From the NCBI GenBank assembly GCA_965655095.1, contig OZ296658.1:64232001-64296000 (forward strand): DNA of 64,000 bases. The letters run 5' to 3'. The number at the start of each line of letters is the position of its first letter. The stretch's first letter is position 1. The DNA is from Haplodiscus bocki (lineage: Eukaryota). The notes under the pieces were generated by a model. That model was given only the letters and a program-made list of their open reading frames with translations. It did no database searches and was not told where the DNA came from. This document shows, one piece after another, positions 37,800 to 49,993 of this stretch. Made by a program: the position numbers and the translations under genes.

Positions 37800-40250
37800 T
37801 TCGAATCTTGATGGAACAAATCAAGCCTCTAATTTTAAAAAAAGTAAGAGCTCAACCATAAAGAGAAATGTTACTAACATATAATTCTGGCTTCTTTGAC
37901 CGGTCGACATTCTGCTGTCGGGAAACAAACCAAAAATATAATTTTCAAATTTCATAGTTGTCTGTAAAAGTACAGAGTTGGTGTTTGAGACCTCCATGGA
38001 TGATATTGGATCGATTGCCTTGACGACAAAAAAACAGTACCAATATCTGAACTGATCTTTGCCCAACTGAAACCTTTGTTTGTCCTTTTCTTTCTATCAC
38101 TTTTCGTATGCTGTCTGAGAAAGTCGAAGAACTTGTAGTCCAAACATTTTTCTAGAGTGAAAACTTTTTGGGATGACAACTTGACGGAAAAAAGTAAACG
38201 GTTTTTTCCGGTGTAAAATTTGCTCGAACATCGAGGAGAATTAGTGATAATCGGGTGATCCTTTTTTTCTACCTTTCCTGAATTTGATACTCGCAGCTCA
38301 AACAGAGTTATGATTCCCCGCAAACTTAGTGCAGCTTTTGCATTGCTAATTGAGAATTTTGTAGACGAAATCTTTTCAGTGGTCGGCGCGGAAAAGTGAG
38401 TTTGAAGTCTAAATTTGGGCAAAGATAAATATTACATGAACTTTTTGAGACTTTCCTCCTATCTGGCATCGATTGTTGGAGATATCATTGGAAGGTTTGT
38501 AATAGCAAAGCCTTCTGGAAGTGGAGACAAAACATTAGAGTACTTGATTCGAAAAATTCATTCTGTGGTTTCGGAAGATAATGAGTTTCAAAGTCGATAA
38601 AATTCAATACTGTTTGTACATTTCGTTAGCGTTGGCCCACCAAATATCCTAACCAGAGAAAAAATCGGACGATACTAGTTTTTAATGAGCCTCTGTGCGT
38701 AAGGTTTTACCAATTGATATCTTGCTTGAAGGAGTATAGACAGTAGATTCGAAGAAGCCCCAACCCAATTATCGATAAAAGTTAGCACAAATTCCAAAGA
38801 TCGCCTATTGTGATCTCTCAAGAACCTGATTCCAGGAGTTAAAGCGAAAGTAAGACTCTCGGAAGACGTTATACAGTTGACTATTCAGAGTTTGAGACCT
38901 TGATAGAGAAATTTCTACCCTGTAGTTTTGGTCCAAAACGAGGTTGATTATCGGACAGGTAAACACCGAAAGGAAGATTCTTTGTTTTTTCAGCGAATCA
39001 TTTTTTTTATCCACGGAGCAGAAACGTTTACAAACTAATCGAAGAACCTTCGAACTTTAAAAAAGTCAATTGGCGTCTTTTCAGATGAAAGGAAACCGGT
39101 AATTTTCAGATTATGAATTCAATATTGGAACAAAATTAATATTAGAAACGAAGCTTCAGCTTTCTTCGCCTGTCAAAGCTCTAAGGCCAGAAGTCGAATC
39201 GGCGGCAAAATTTTCCCAGCCATGTTGACTAATGAAGTGTAGGAGATGGAGACTACGGTGGGAAAAGTTACACTGCTGTTTTCGCTGAGAGGTGATTTTG
39301 AAATTTAAGACAGATCATTGGTGAAGGAAGTTTTTGGCTTTTGCACACTACCAATTTTCAGTCGGACAGAGAAATGACAGAAGCATTGTCAAAGTATTTT
39401 TACTGGGTAAACCTTTCTCGATCGAGTAGCTGATCGCAGGTATTTAGACCGTAGTTTCGCAGAAAGGTGGGTTTGTGAAGCGGTTAAAATCAACAAGAAG
39501 GGTATGTACTGGCAATTTCGACCTGTAAGTTCAGGTTGACGAGGAACAAAGTGCATTGAACTCAACGAAACAACAATTTGGCAGTAGAAAAAATCCCATT
39601 TGACTTGTTGATCAAACAAACTTCCCCATCCTGACAAATGGGAGGGGTTTGTATTGGAATACCGACGGAAAGTGGAAAGCCACAGCCAATCGAGAACTAT
39701 CGCTTCTTCCACTATTTTGTGATCTGATGCCAATAACTAAACCACAGTGCTGAGTCTCAAAAACGGTGTGCACTTAAAGAGTTGAAATTCAAAAACTCCT
39801 TGGAAACTAACGATTCGTTAGTCTTGGAGAGTATAGGGGTTCGATATTTCGATAATCGAAAGATATCATTACCACTTGAATTTTTTGTCATTTTAGTTAT
39901 ACCGTTTGTCGGATGTTTTGTTACAAAATTGATGAATATGTCATCAGGACACGTTTTGCAACAGCAAAGTTGTCAATTTACATCTTGATGGAAGAAACTG
40001 ATCTGGCGCTTCAGGAGACATTTATGCTACAGCATTGAAGAAAGTTAACACTGAATTTAAAGTCTGACTTTATCCACAATTTACCTAACAGGAATTCAAG
40101 AGAATGAACTAAATCAGTTGTATGTTTTTCGAAGAAACTCTATGCAATTCACCCAATGGTGATTTGGTAATTGAGGCCTTGTTGTAAAAAATTGGAGCGC
40201 CAGTTTCCGCAAAAAAAGTGTTGACTATTGGTTTAAGATCATTACCAAAA
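37800..40250 (-). mobile_element. decayed LINE ORF2
   Basis: QNYRVEISL (NYRPISL-like, ~38910-38935) and LVGPTL (LGPLL-like, ~38625) in the expected order. Confidence 0.45.
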
Positions 40251-40309
40251 TTTCTTTTTTGTGTTTTCGACCTATCAATATTCACAACTGTGTTGAGCGT
40301 GGCATCTCA

Positions 40310-40874
40310 AGCCTTTCACCACGTGATAAGGATGGGCTTCCTGGTCATAACTGAGTCCTGTTGCTGGGGAGTTGCTGACCTCTGAATTATCAAAATCACG
40401 AGTCCCATTTTTTTTATTTTGATCGAAATATGAACCTAACCGGCTGGAATCCAACCTGAGCGGAGTATTCTCGGTGTTCCCTGTAAAATCTTTTCAATCA
40501 GAGTTTTGTACTATACTCTTAGGTCCGTTTCTTGATGAACCTGTAATCGATCTTACAGCCATTTCAACTCGTGGAATAACCCGCATCATTCATTGCTGTC
40601 AAAATAGCGTCGTGCATTCGGTTTTCGACAGCGATGACAGCACTGCCGACTGCATTTTTGATTCTGTCGTCAGTCTTTTTTCCATTGAATTGATTTTCAC
40701 TGGCATTGTCAACGATCTTCTCAAAATTTCTTTGGCGGCCACTAGCCTGTTGTTCTAAATTCTCATTTTTTCTCCCATATTCGTGTTGTTTCCAATGATA
40801 AAATCTTTCAAAGTCTCATCCAATTGACTAAATTGCCTTTTCTGTTGGTTGTTCTTATTACGCGTGGAAACCAT
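40310..40874 (-). mobile_element. LTR-retrotransposon gag-like N-terminal fragment (decayed)
   Basis: MVSTRNK...QLDETLKDFIIGN...AVIAVENRMHDAILTAMNDAVIPRVEMAVRSIT coiled-coil with frameshifts; assigned by resemblance only. Confidence 0.45.
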
Positions 40875-43800
40875 TGTCACAAATTATTGAATTAACCAAA
40901 GTTGCAAATGTCAACGCGCAACAACATTTACTGAGCTATAATGAAAACATTTGTACCTGAATGCAACAGTTTCAAAATTTCATTCGTGTTTCAACAAATA
41001 GAAGTTTGGAAGACTGCTTTGAATAAGTTTTGTGCAATTGTTTCAAATTACAGGAGACGAAAGGATTGATCGCTAAGAAAATTCTTTCGTAGTAATCAAC
41101 TGTTCATTGTGAAAGTTTTGATTGTTGTGTTCTTCTTTTTCTTCTTTCGTCCCAATTAGGCCGAGGGAAAGTTGGTTGTCATGGTCCTCGTCGTCACCCA
41201 TTTACAATTGTCCTCTTGATGTAGTAGATTGTAGGGTTGAGACTAAAACTGTAAAATCAAAGAGGGAATTATCGGTTAGTCATGACATCAGTTTTAACGT
41301 ATTTCTAAAAACAATGCTACTATTCTAAATATAATTCATCAAAGCAAATAATACCGCTTTTGCATGACAGTCAAAATTATAGATAATGATAACTGCAAGG
41401 GCGATTATACATACAAGGGAATTGGTTTCATGCAGATTTGCATGCGTCCATAAAATGAGTAATTGAATTGTGTCATAATTTATTACAAGTGACAAACTTC
41501 TCACATAGCATTAAATACATCTGAGCAAAGATAATAAATATTTAGGTCAGAAATGAACTATTTGACGTGCATTTGACGTTACTGGTCAAATGCTGCACAA
41601 TAAATACTAATCACGGAGAAAGTAAAATTAAAAATATTATATGGGTTAATCAATGAATTTGTATGTAATTTCATGAGAATTTAATAATAATAATAGATAA
41701 CACTGTTGGCTAATTTATATGTACTGGTGTTGTCCTTAATGCTACCTCTTCTTCACATCAATTTTCTGGCGTTTGTCGTACTTTTGGCAAAAGTCTTGAG
41801 TAGTTGTGCGGCTGAGAGAGTGAAGGCTTGCTTGCCGTCAGCTACGTCAAAGTCGCGTCGAAAGCACTTTTTATGACACGAAGAAGTAAAGGTGCAGGCT
41901 TTGTTGTTAGTAGCTAGTCAAATTATTGTCAGTCAAAAAGAATATGACAGAGCTATAGACAACTTAATAAAATAATACTACACTGAACTCGTTTGCTTCT
42001 TTATGATCAAGTGCGCTTCTTAATATTTGATAATCGTATGGATTTACATCAGACAAAAAATATAACTTATAAATATCGTAACCTAGTAAAATGGTATATA
42101 TTCTTAGAAGTATATAAGGGCATGTAATATATAAGCATATGTGAATGTATAGTAGATTTTCATATGTATATATTGCAGAATGTACCCTGTTTTAGTCTTC
42201 GAATAACGGTAGCAAGTTTCCTTGTGTTGTATTTCCGGTATTTATACCATATACTATGCCGCCGAAGGCGGCAGCCTGCGACAAAATCTTAGAAAAACAT
42301 GAAATCAAAGCTCTCCACAAATGTTTTTATATTGAAAACCAAGAATTTTGTCCTTGGTGGAGAAACCAAACCGATTGTTTTGCGCAAAAGCTGAGAAAGG
42401 TCACTTCTTGTCAAAGTTTTGCCATTTGCACTGTGCCATTTTTCGGACTAAAGTACCAAAAGAATCTTAACTTTATCGTAAAAAGAAGTTGTCGGAGGAA
42501 ATGCTGGCATGAAAGGCCATAGCTTGGGCTTAAGAAAAAGCAAGGTTGAAATACTAGTAACAACATTAGAAGATAGCTTTTTGCTTTTTTGGTGTTTAAG
42601 TTGTTCAATCCATAGAAACCAACCCATGTTGTTTTTAACCAGTACCTTTTTACGAATAAAAAACTGTGGATACCAAATTTTATAGAAAATTTTCAGCCAG
42701 TTGTCTTTGGGGAAACCAATTTTTTTAAATTTTCAACTTTTTCAGTATCTTCTGATCATATTGATATTCTTTTCCGGCCTTTTGCAGAATTCTTAGTAGA
42801 ACATAGAAAGTCAAACCAGAGTAGTTAGTAATGCTCAATAAAAGTCAAATATAAATACAATTGAATAAAAACTCCTCGAAAACCGAAAAAAAATTTCTGC
42901 CATGAAAAAATCAACATTTCCTTGTAGAAGTAGGTAAAAAAGACGATTAAAAAGTCGGGCGATGATGGGGTTCCAAGCCGGACCTCTGTTGTTCAAAACG
43001 TTTTTTTTCGACTTGCCGTTACACCGGAGAAGTCAAGAGTGACTTCGATTGACTTGAGCGAGAATTCACTTGAGTGAGAAATGTAACAGAGAATTGAGAA
43101 TTGGCAAACGAACCGAGAAAATATGGCTACTTACTAAGATAACGGTTTTCATTTCGTACTGTACCACGACGGGAAACTAAAAATGAAAAGTTGAAAAAAG
43201 TGGCCAAGTCAACAGCTACGTCACCGTTTCATGCTCAAAATCAGACCTATGTAATCACTACCCTGGTAGACTACAAAATGCTACACTGACTCATTTTAAT
43301 GTTTTACTTCATGGTAACAATTCAAAGCGCATGACCGCATTTTCAATACAATACTTTCAACTTCAAGTCAAATTACGTCAACTTAAACCACTTGAGATAA
43401 AAACTGTTGCTATTTCCATGAATTAATATGCCAAACTGTTAGACTTCGCCACCTAATTACCTCTAATAGAATGATTTTGTAGTACTAATGAGCCCGAATC
43501 TGTGAAAAATTCTTTGTCAACTTGAAACTTGAATGATATGCACCGTTTTACAGACGAAGACATGAAGTCATTGTAAATTTAGAAGCTTGTTGCTATAAGG
43601 TTTTTATAGAAATTGGTTGATCCCTAAAAAGCCGACATTCTAGACACCAATTCATTTGGTAGGTTGAAAAACGATAACTGACAGTTTGCCTTTTTTGATA
43701 AATAGTTGAACGTCAAAATTCACAAATCGAACGAATGATAAATGAGGTCAATTAGCAATCATCGTTGGATCAAACCTCAGGAAATCGGTGTATGGCGGGC

Positions 43801-44689
43801 CGGAGAGGTGGATCAATATTTTAAACGCACCGTAAAACTTTCAAGGGCATCGAAGAGCCGCATCCTGCTTTTGACAAAACTGCAAGCTTTTAAGAAGTTA
43901 TGAAATTTTCTGCGGTTAGCCCTAGTCCAGCTAGCATGAAAATTTTACATTTTTCTGTAAGTTGCTTGATATTTTTTATTAGTTTTCACATGATGCATAA
44001 AACATTTTATGTGCATGAAAACTTGACTGCTGTCGGGAACTTTTGCAAAACTTTTCAAGTATAGCATCCCTTAGCTTTTGGAACTGTAAGTTTCAAGAGT
44101 CTTTTTTCGTAAGAAAAATGTTGCTGCGTGTTGAAGATTAAAATTAGCTGAGAGCAGATGAACACTCTTTTTCGTTCAAGGTAGTTGACAACAGAATGAA
44201 CTACAAAATTTAATCAAAATTCATTAACAAAAATCATCGGTTACTTTCGTTACAGAATCTGAGTTCCATTCCATTTTATGGCAATGGAAAAACAATTTCT
44301 ATTTTTCCCTGTAGAAGTGTATTTCGGCGGCGTTACTAAGTGTTCGGTCAAAGAAAGATTTATTTTCAAAAACTTGCAACCTTTCAAAAAAATAATTTCA
44401 GGCTTTAAAACGTTAGTTCAACAAGCGTTGGCACAGTTTTTGGGTTTCACGAGGGGGTGATTCATTTTGCTGCTAAACGATTCAATACAAGATAATGAAA
44501 GCACGTGTGCACTGAAAGTGAACTGAAAGTGGAGAGAAACGGGGAAATTAATAGAGCCTGGAAATGAAAATTGACCTAATAGAAAAGAGAAGAAAAATAT
44601 AAAGCTCCTGTAAACAAACAAATAACTCGTTGTGAGTTGTTATTTAGATTAGATGAACTAGATTTTAATTTGGTTTTAAAAAAAATCAT

Positions 44690-45195
44690 GTTCAATTACT
44701 TATTTGATACAACGGGGATATATGAAGTTAGTGTTATTAAGAAAGCCTTAGATGATTTGGTATGAAGTTATGTTTTCATTGATAGTAGTACAATGAACTC
44801 AAGTTCGAAATCAGTTAATGTCTGACGAGTTGAAAAAAAAACAGTTTTCCTTGCCATACTGGGATTTACACCACATTGAGGTATTAAACCTAACATTGAA
44901 AGTATTATTGAGAAAAAGAAAACTACAAAAAATAACAGTCATTGATTATGTGATTTTACAGATGGATCAAAATTGAAATTGAATATTACTAGAGAACCAT
45001 CTTTTCACAGCTTCAATATAGATAAATCTCCTAGAACTAAACACTTTTGTAAACCCGAAACGATACAGTTCAAGAAAAACACAAAAAAAAGATTATGGAA
45101 TAATATAACTTTTTAATTGGAAGGTGTTGACAGGCACAGGATTTGTATTCATGGTCGAAACTGAAATTTTTGCTTCTTTATAATCAAAATATGGG
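44690..45195 (+). pseudogene. Polinton minor capsid (penton)-like pseudogene
   Basis: GIYEV..., ILGF, DKSPRTKHFCKPETIQFKK...NITF.LE pattern typical of single jelly-roll minor capsid C-termini. Confidence 0.5.
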
Positions 45196-46009
45196 TACAT
45201 ACTAATCGATAAGTCTTCACTTTGCGTTGTTTGTAATTATTAATCACAATCTGCTTCTGAATGTAATAGATAGCTTTAATATCTTTGGAAACAACCCTAA
45301 AGAAATGAATACCTACTTTAATCATGAAAATCGTAAATCAAACAAGAAATAGTAATTATATCAAATCTCATCTAACGTATTAAAAACAATTGACACTTTT
45401 GTATTTATTGCTACAACTCCCACCTCTGTTACAGTATCTGTTAATTATTTTCATTTGATTGTAATACCAATTTTCCCTGGATTTGCTCCTGGGTCAACAT
45501 TATGTAACAAAAGAAATTTCGAGACTTTTTAAAAAGGGACAAAAAAACAATTTGAGAGAGCTCAACAATCAATCTTCTTTTCAGTCAAATATATAAACAA
45601 TGTCCACAAGACCATGTAATTGATAGAAAAAAAACTAAGTCTTTATGTAATTTTTTTCGAAAACTACTCAATGGGAAATAGAAATGATCTTTTTCTAGAA
45701 ATATTTAAAAGCAAAAAAAACTTTTTTTTGGCTAGAAGAAAATAAAACTTTACTTGACCAAGAGCTGGAGTAGAAATAAAGACTTGAGCTACATTGAAAA
45801 ACAACACTAGAACGTTTTCACTTTTTTAAAAACATTTTTTTTGGAAAAGACTGTGAAACCCCATTGGAAAAGATATTGTTTATAGATAAATTCAAAATAG
45901 ATGTGCAGAGTGCTTAAGGAGAAGAAGAAAATGTGACCTTTGTGGTATTGTTTTTCTTCAATATTGATTGCCTACCCATATTAGAAGGGAAAACAAACCT
46001 GTAAGTAGC

Positions 46010-46560
46010 ATAAGGATTTCAACTGTAGGGCCCTCTTTTTCAGGTGAAACTTATCCTTTTGTAAACAACTCAACAACTTCAATTAAGATAGACCTGTTTG
46101 TCTCAATAACTAGATCAGCATTGCAGTGTGAAAAACAAGAATACAGATTTGATATGGAAATCGAAAATTAAGGTGTTATTGTTTTTTTGATGATTTGCTA
46201 GAATTTAAACAGAAAGCAAGTATTTCGTTTTTTGATGAGAGGACGTCATAAAAGTTTAGATGTTAATTACTTGTATCAAGCCTATTCGGATTTCTAAAAA
46301 GAACTATAAGATAAAACAACAACCTAAATTTTTTGAGAAACTTTTTTAAAAGGTGGGGGAAATCTTTACAGAGATGTTGCTGGATTTGACATGAGTTAGG
46401 ACGTTTTCAAGGATCTTTGTCGAGAACCATGGAAGAGTAAAACTGAATTTATCTGTTTGTTGACAGATCTAGAAACAAAAGTGAAAGAAATCTTCACATT
46501 CGTAACAAAAGTAGACCAAGATCGTTCGATGAACATGAACCAGAAGGTAATTTTTGCAGA
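46010..46560 (+). pseudogene. A32/FtsK-like DNA packaging ATPase pseudogene
   Basis: Walker A VGPSFSGETY (K>E), Walker B VIVF.DDLL, arginine finger RGRH, then YLYQ and RTIR.N motifs. Confidence 0.8.
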
Positions 46561-47645
46561 AAATTTAACAAATTAATTTCTTCGTTTAGAACTAAAGATG
46601 CTTTAAGACATTTGGAACAATTAGCAGAAATACGATCAAAAATAAAAAAGGTACGTTGAGAAGAAAAATTAGGTAAAGTATCTATTCTTTATGTAATAAA
46701 ATCTTTTTTTTTGGAACCATTGCAAAACCACTGAAACACACAAGTGATAATTTTCTAAAAGAATATAAATCTACAACAGTAGCAGTTGAGGATGAATTTC
46801 TTTCCGTAGAAACAGTACAACTAGGGCTTTAGCTGACATAGAAACGTCTCTTAGAATTCTTTGAAAAACTATGCATTAAAAAGAAACAGAACTAACTGTT
46901 GTAAAAAAAACACATCAAAATTCAAACACTGCTGATACAAATAAATTTCTTTTATTCTGTGATTCTAAACATGATGATATAAAAAGTCAAGGACATCCTT
47001 GCTTACTAAATATGAAACATTCAGTCAGAAATGAGTGGAAAAATAGTGATGGTAAAGTCAATGAAGGGAAAGATAATATAACTTATGATCTGAAGTTTAT
47101 CTTGTGGAAATGACGCCCAATGACAGATTTGTTATCAGGAAGTCTGAAGTTGCCGAAATTTCATGTTATTTTGTAGTTCAAGTGAGTTACATTCCCAATA
47201 AACAATGTAGACCGATTGCTGGAAAAATTTCTTCTAGTTGCTATGTTTTGTATAACCCTCAATGTAGCTCGAAAACTCAAAATCATAATGCTAGACTTGT
47301 TTATGGAGATGATAACTCGGAGAATCATATTACTTCCAATAAAACTGATGATGATGATAATGATCATGATGATATGATGATGATGATTAACATGATGACG
47401 ACATTAGTGGACAATATCAAGAAGAAGCAAGTAGTGGTAAAAATGGTTCAGGTTTAGTAACCTTTCTTTCAGAAAATCCAGAGGAATTATTTGATAGATA
47501 ACAGTTAATAAATCAAGAATAACAAGGAGGGAAACTTACAATAAGACTTGATGCTGAAAGTGTTGCTATAATTTATAAATTACTAAAAAAAAATGCTCCA
47601 ATCCAACTCGATACAAAAAAACCAATCAAATTTAGTATAATATTA

Positions 47646-48945
47646 TTGTTCAACTTATCAAATAAAACTTTTGTGGACAGACTTATGCTCAATGGTAATT
47701 TTTAATCATTATACCTCTTTTTCGTAGAAGCTTGTAAGTGGAGAAGACCGTAAGCTTTTCATTGATTTAACTAAAGGGGATAGTGCTTTTTATTTGGAAG
47801 ACAGTCAAGGTAAAAGGACTTTAATATGGCTCATGAAGTCGCTGATCCTGCACTATTTGCAGATAATGAGCAGTTTGGATTAGCAAGTTTAGATTGTTTT
47901 GCTTTGTTTAGTAAATATATATTAACTAGTAAGGGTGGAAAGGAAATAGACGAAACTGATAACCCTCAAATTATTTGTGTAGGAAATATGTTATTTTCAA
48001 GTAGCAAAGATAGCGGTGATTTGTCAATTACTTTTTATCAAACTACGACAAATCGTGAACAAGAATTTAATAGTAACAAAACAATAGAAGGAAACTATCA
48101 AGTAAAATTTCACTTAATAGATGTTTCCGGTTTTGCTTTGTTGAGCACCAGGAAAAAAGTGCACAAGGAAAAGGACAAAATGTGAACTTAATGCCTTAGG
48201 TCACGAACCCAGTGCTGTTCTAAGGCTGCTGCTACGGAAACTGCCAATCCTTCTATAGACGGAATGATTAAAATAAATGATATAAGTTGGTATATGCCAC
48301 AAACTACTCCAAATACATCTCAACGAAAGTTATTGCTGGAGCGTTTTCTTTCTAGAGCCTCAACGCAATTAGTTATAATACTTTAATAGATCATCTTCTG
48401 CAAGGGTTGTTACTACTTGAAATAGTCAGAATTTTGAATCAGGTGTCAAGATTGGAACTGATATCTCACAATTTGTTATAGTAGGATATATGCAAAAGGA
48501 CAACCTAAACCTAAAACATCAAAGTAATGATACATTTTATAGACCAAATGTCTCAAACGCTCAATGTATTCTAGTTAGTGAAGAATATCCAGATGAAGGA
48601 ACAAAGTGTAATCATCTTCGAGATAAAACTTCTTAAACGTTTGGAGAATTGATCTCTCGTTCTAGAAATTTAGCAGAAGATACTTTCCGTCAACCATATG
48701 TTACACCGAAAGGTTTTTATTACTTCCAATAACTTTCCGCGAAGCGACAGAGTTGGTAAATTTTGTATGTTTTTTACATCCGGTAGCAACAAAGTTTTCT
48801 ACGTCTCACCCCTTTGAAAAAAATATGATTTCAACTCAGTTGTTCGGACTGCAGCATATTTAGTCGGATATGCTCTTCTTTTGAAAAACAAAACAAAACA
48901 AAATCAATTAGGCTGGATGGACAAAGACAGTTCGATAAAATTTGA
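47646..48945 (+). pseudogene. Polinton major capsid protein-like pseudogene (~430 codons)
   Basis: Length, position between ATPase and integrase, and beta-rich segments (FALFSKYILTSKGGKEI, IKINDISWYMPQTTP, FVIVGYMQ, EEYPD, GYALLL) ending DGQRQFDKI*. Confidence 0.6.
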
Positions 48946-48949
48946 GTCT

Positions 48950-49760
48950 TAAAACCGAAACCTTTTACGCTTTTGTCAATGTCTCCCGTTGATAAACCTG
49001 TTTTCTACAGCAGGGAGGCATTGAGTTCAATGGATAAGATTTATTTATGATTACTTGGTCTCCTATCATTAAAATATTCTGTAATTGTTTAAAAATCCAG
49101 TCTATGAAAGCTTTTAGAATTTTTTTTTCTTCTTCCGCATTCTCAACTAAGTCTCATATTCTGCTTTTTTTTCATTCCTTCGTCTGATAGGTTTGTGCAG
49201 ATATGTTCCTCCTTACTTTTAAAAAAACTCGGTAGGGGTTAACTTGGTTGAAGAATGTCTTCGTGTAATATTTTACTTCCTTGTTATTTGAATTATTTCA
49301 TTAAACCAGTTAGCAACACCTTCTCAAAAACAGTTTTTTAAGGGAGATCTCTAACCTTCCAATAAATGTTTCATCAAATACTGCTCCCCAGGATAAATAG
49401 CGGGTACATCTACTGTTAAATTTCTATTTAGGTAATCAGTAACACATTTCTGCATTTAATCTTCCTCATCGTCTGTGTTAATTAAATTTCGTTTATTTGG
49501 TCAAGAAATGAAACTTTTTTAAATGAAGTTGTTAACGGTTCTGCATTTTTTCTCACATGACGTTTTCCATCCAAATTTACTGAACATAATGTTTATTACA
49601 ATTTTCTTTCTAGGGCTTTTATTGTTTAGTGGACCATACTTGTTTAGGTGTATGTAACACATGCTCCAAGTACCATCTATGTAAAAAAATTTTATTTCTT
49701 TGATAGTATACTTCCCTTTTAGGAGAGTAAGCAAAAAGTTTGCTTACAAGTAGCTGTTCT
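48950..49760 (-). pseudogene. retroviral-type (rve) integrase pseudogene, Polinton c-integrase-like
   Basis: IDGTWSM.....YGP.NN.....I..FSKFGW (ID.FSK motif), then KRNLINTDD and HSSTKLTP motifs. Confidence 0.75.
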
Positions 49761-49781
49761 ATGTTTACTTCAGGTGGTTAT

Positions 49782-49981
49782 NNNNNNNNNNNNNNNNNNN
49801 NNNNNNNNNNNNNNNNNNNNNNNNNNNNNNNNNNNNNNNNNNNNNNNNNNNNNNNNNNNNNNNNNNNNNNNNNNNNNNNNNNNNNNNNNNNNNNNNNNNN
49901 NNNNNNNNNNNNNNNNNNNNNNNNNNNNNNNNNNNNNNNNNNNNNNNNNNNNNNNNNNNNNNNNNNNNNNNNNNNNNNNNN
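49782..49981. other. assembly gap (200 N)
   Basis: Run of N. Confidence 1.
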
Positions 49982-49993
49982 CAACCACTATGT

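Larger units (their letters stand above)
44690..49781. mobile_element. degraded Polinton/Maverick (adintovirus-like) endogenous viral element, cut by the assembly gap
   Basis: Very AT-rich block of tightly packed intronless pseudo-ORFs: minor capsid-like, small TM protein, A32 ATPase, coiled-coil protein, major capsid-like (+) and a convergent integrase (-). Confidence 0.75.
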
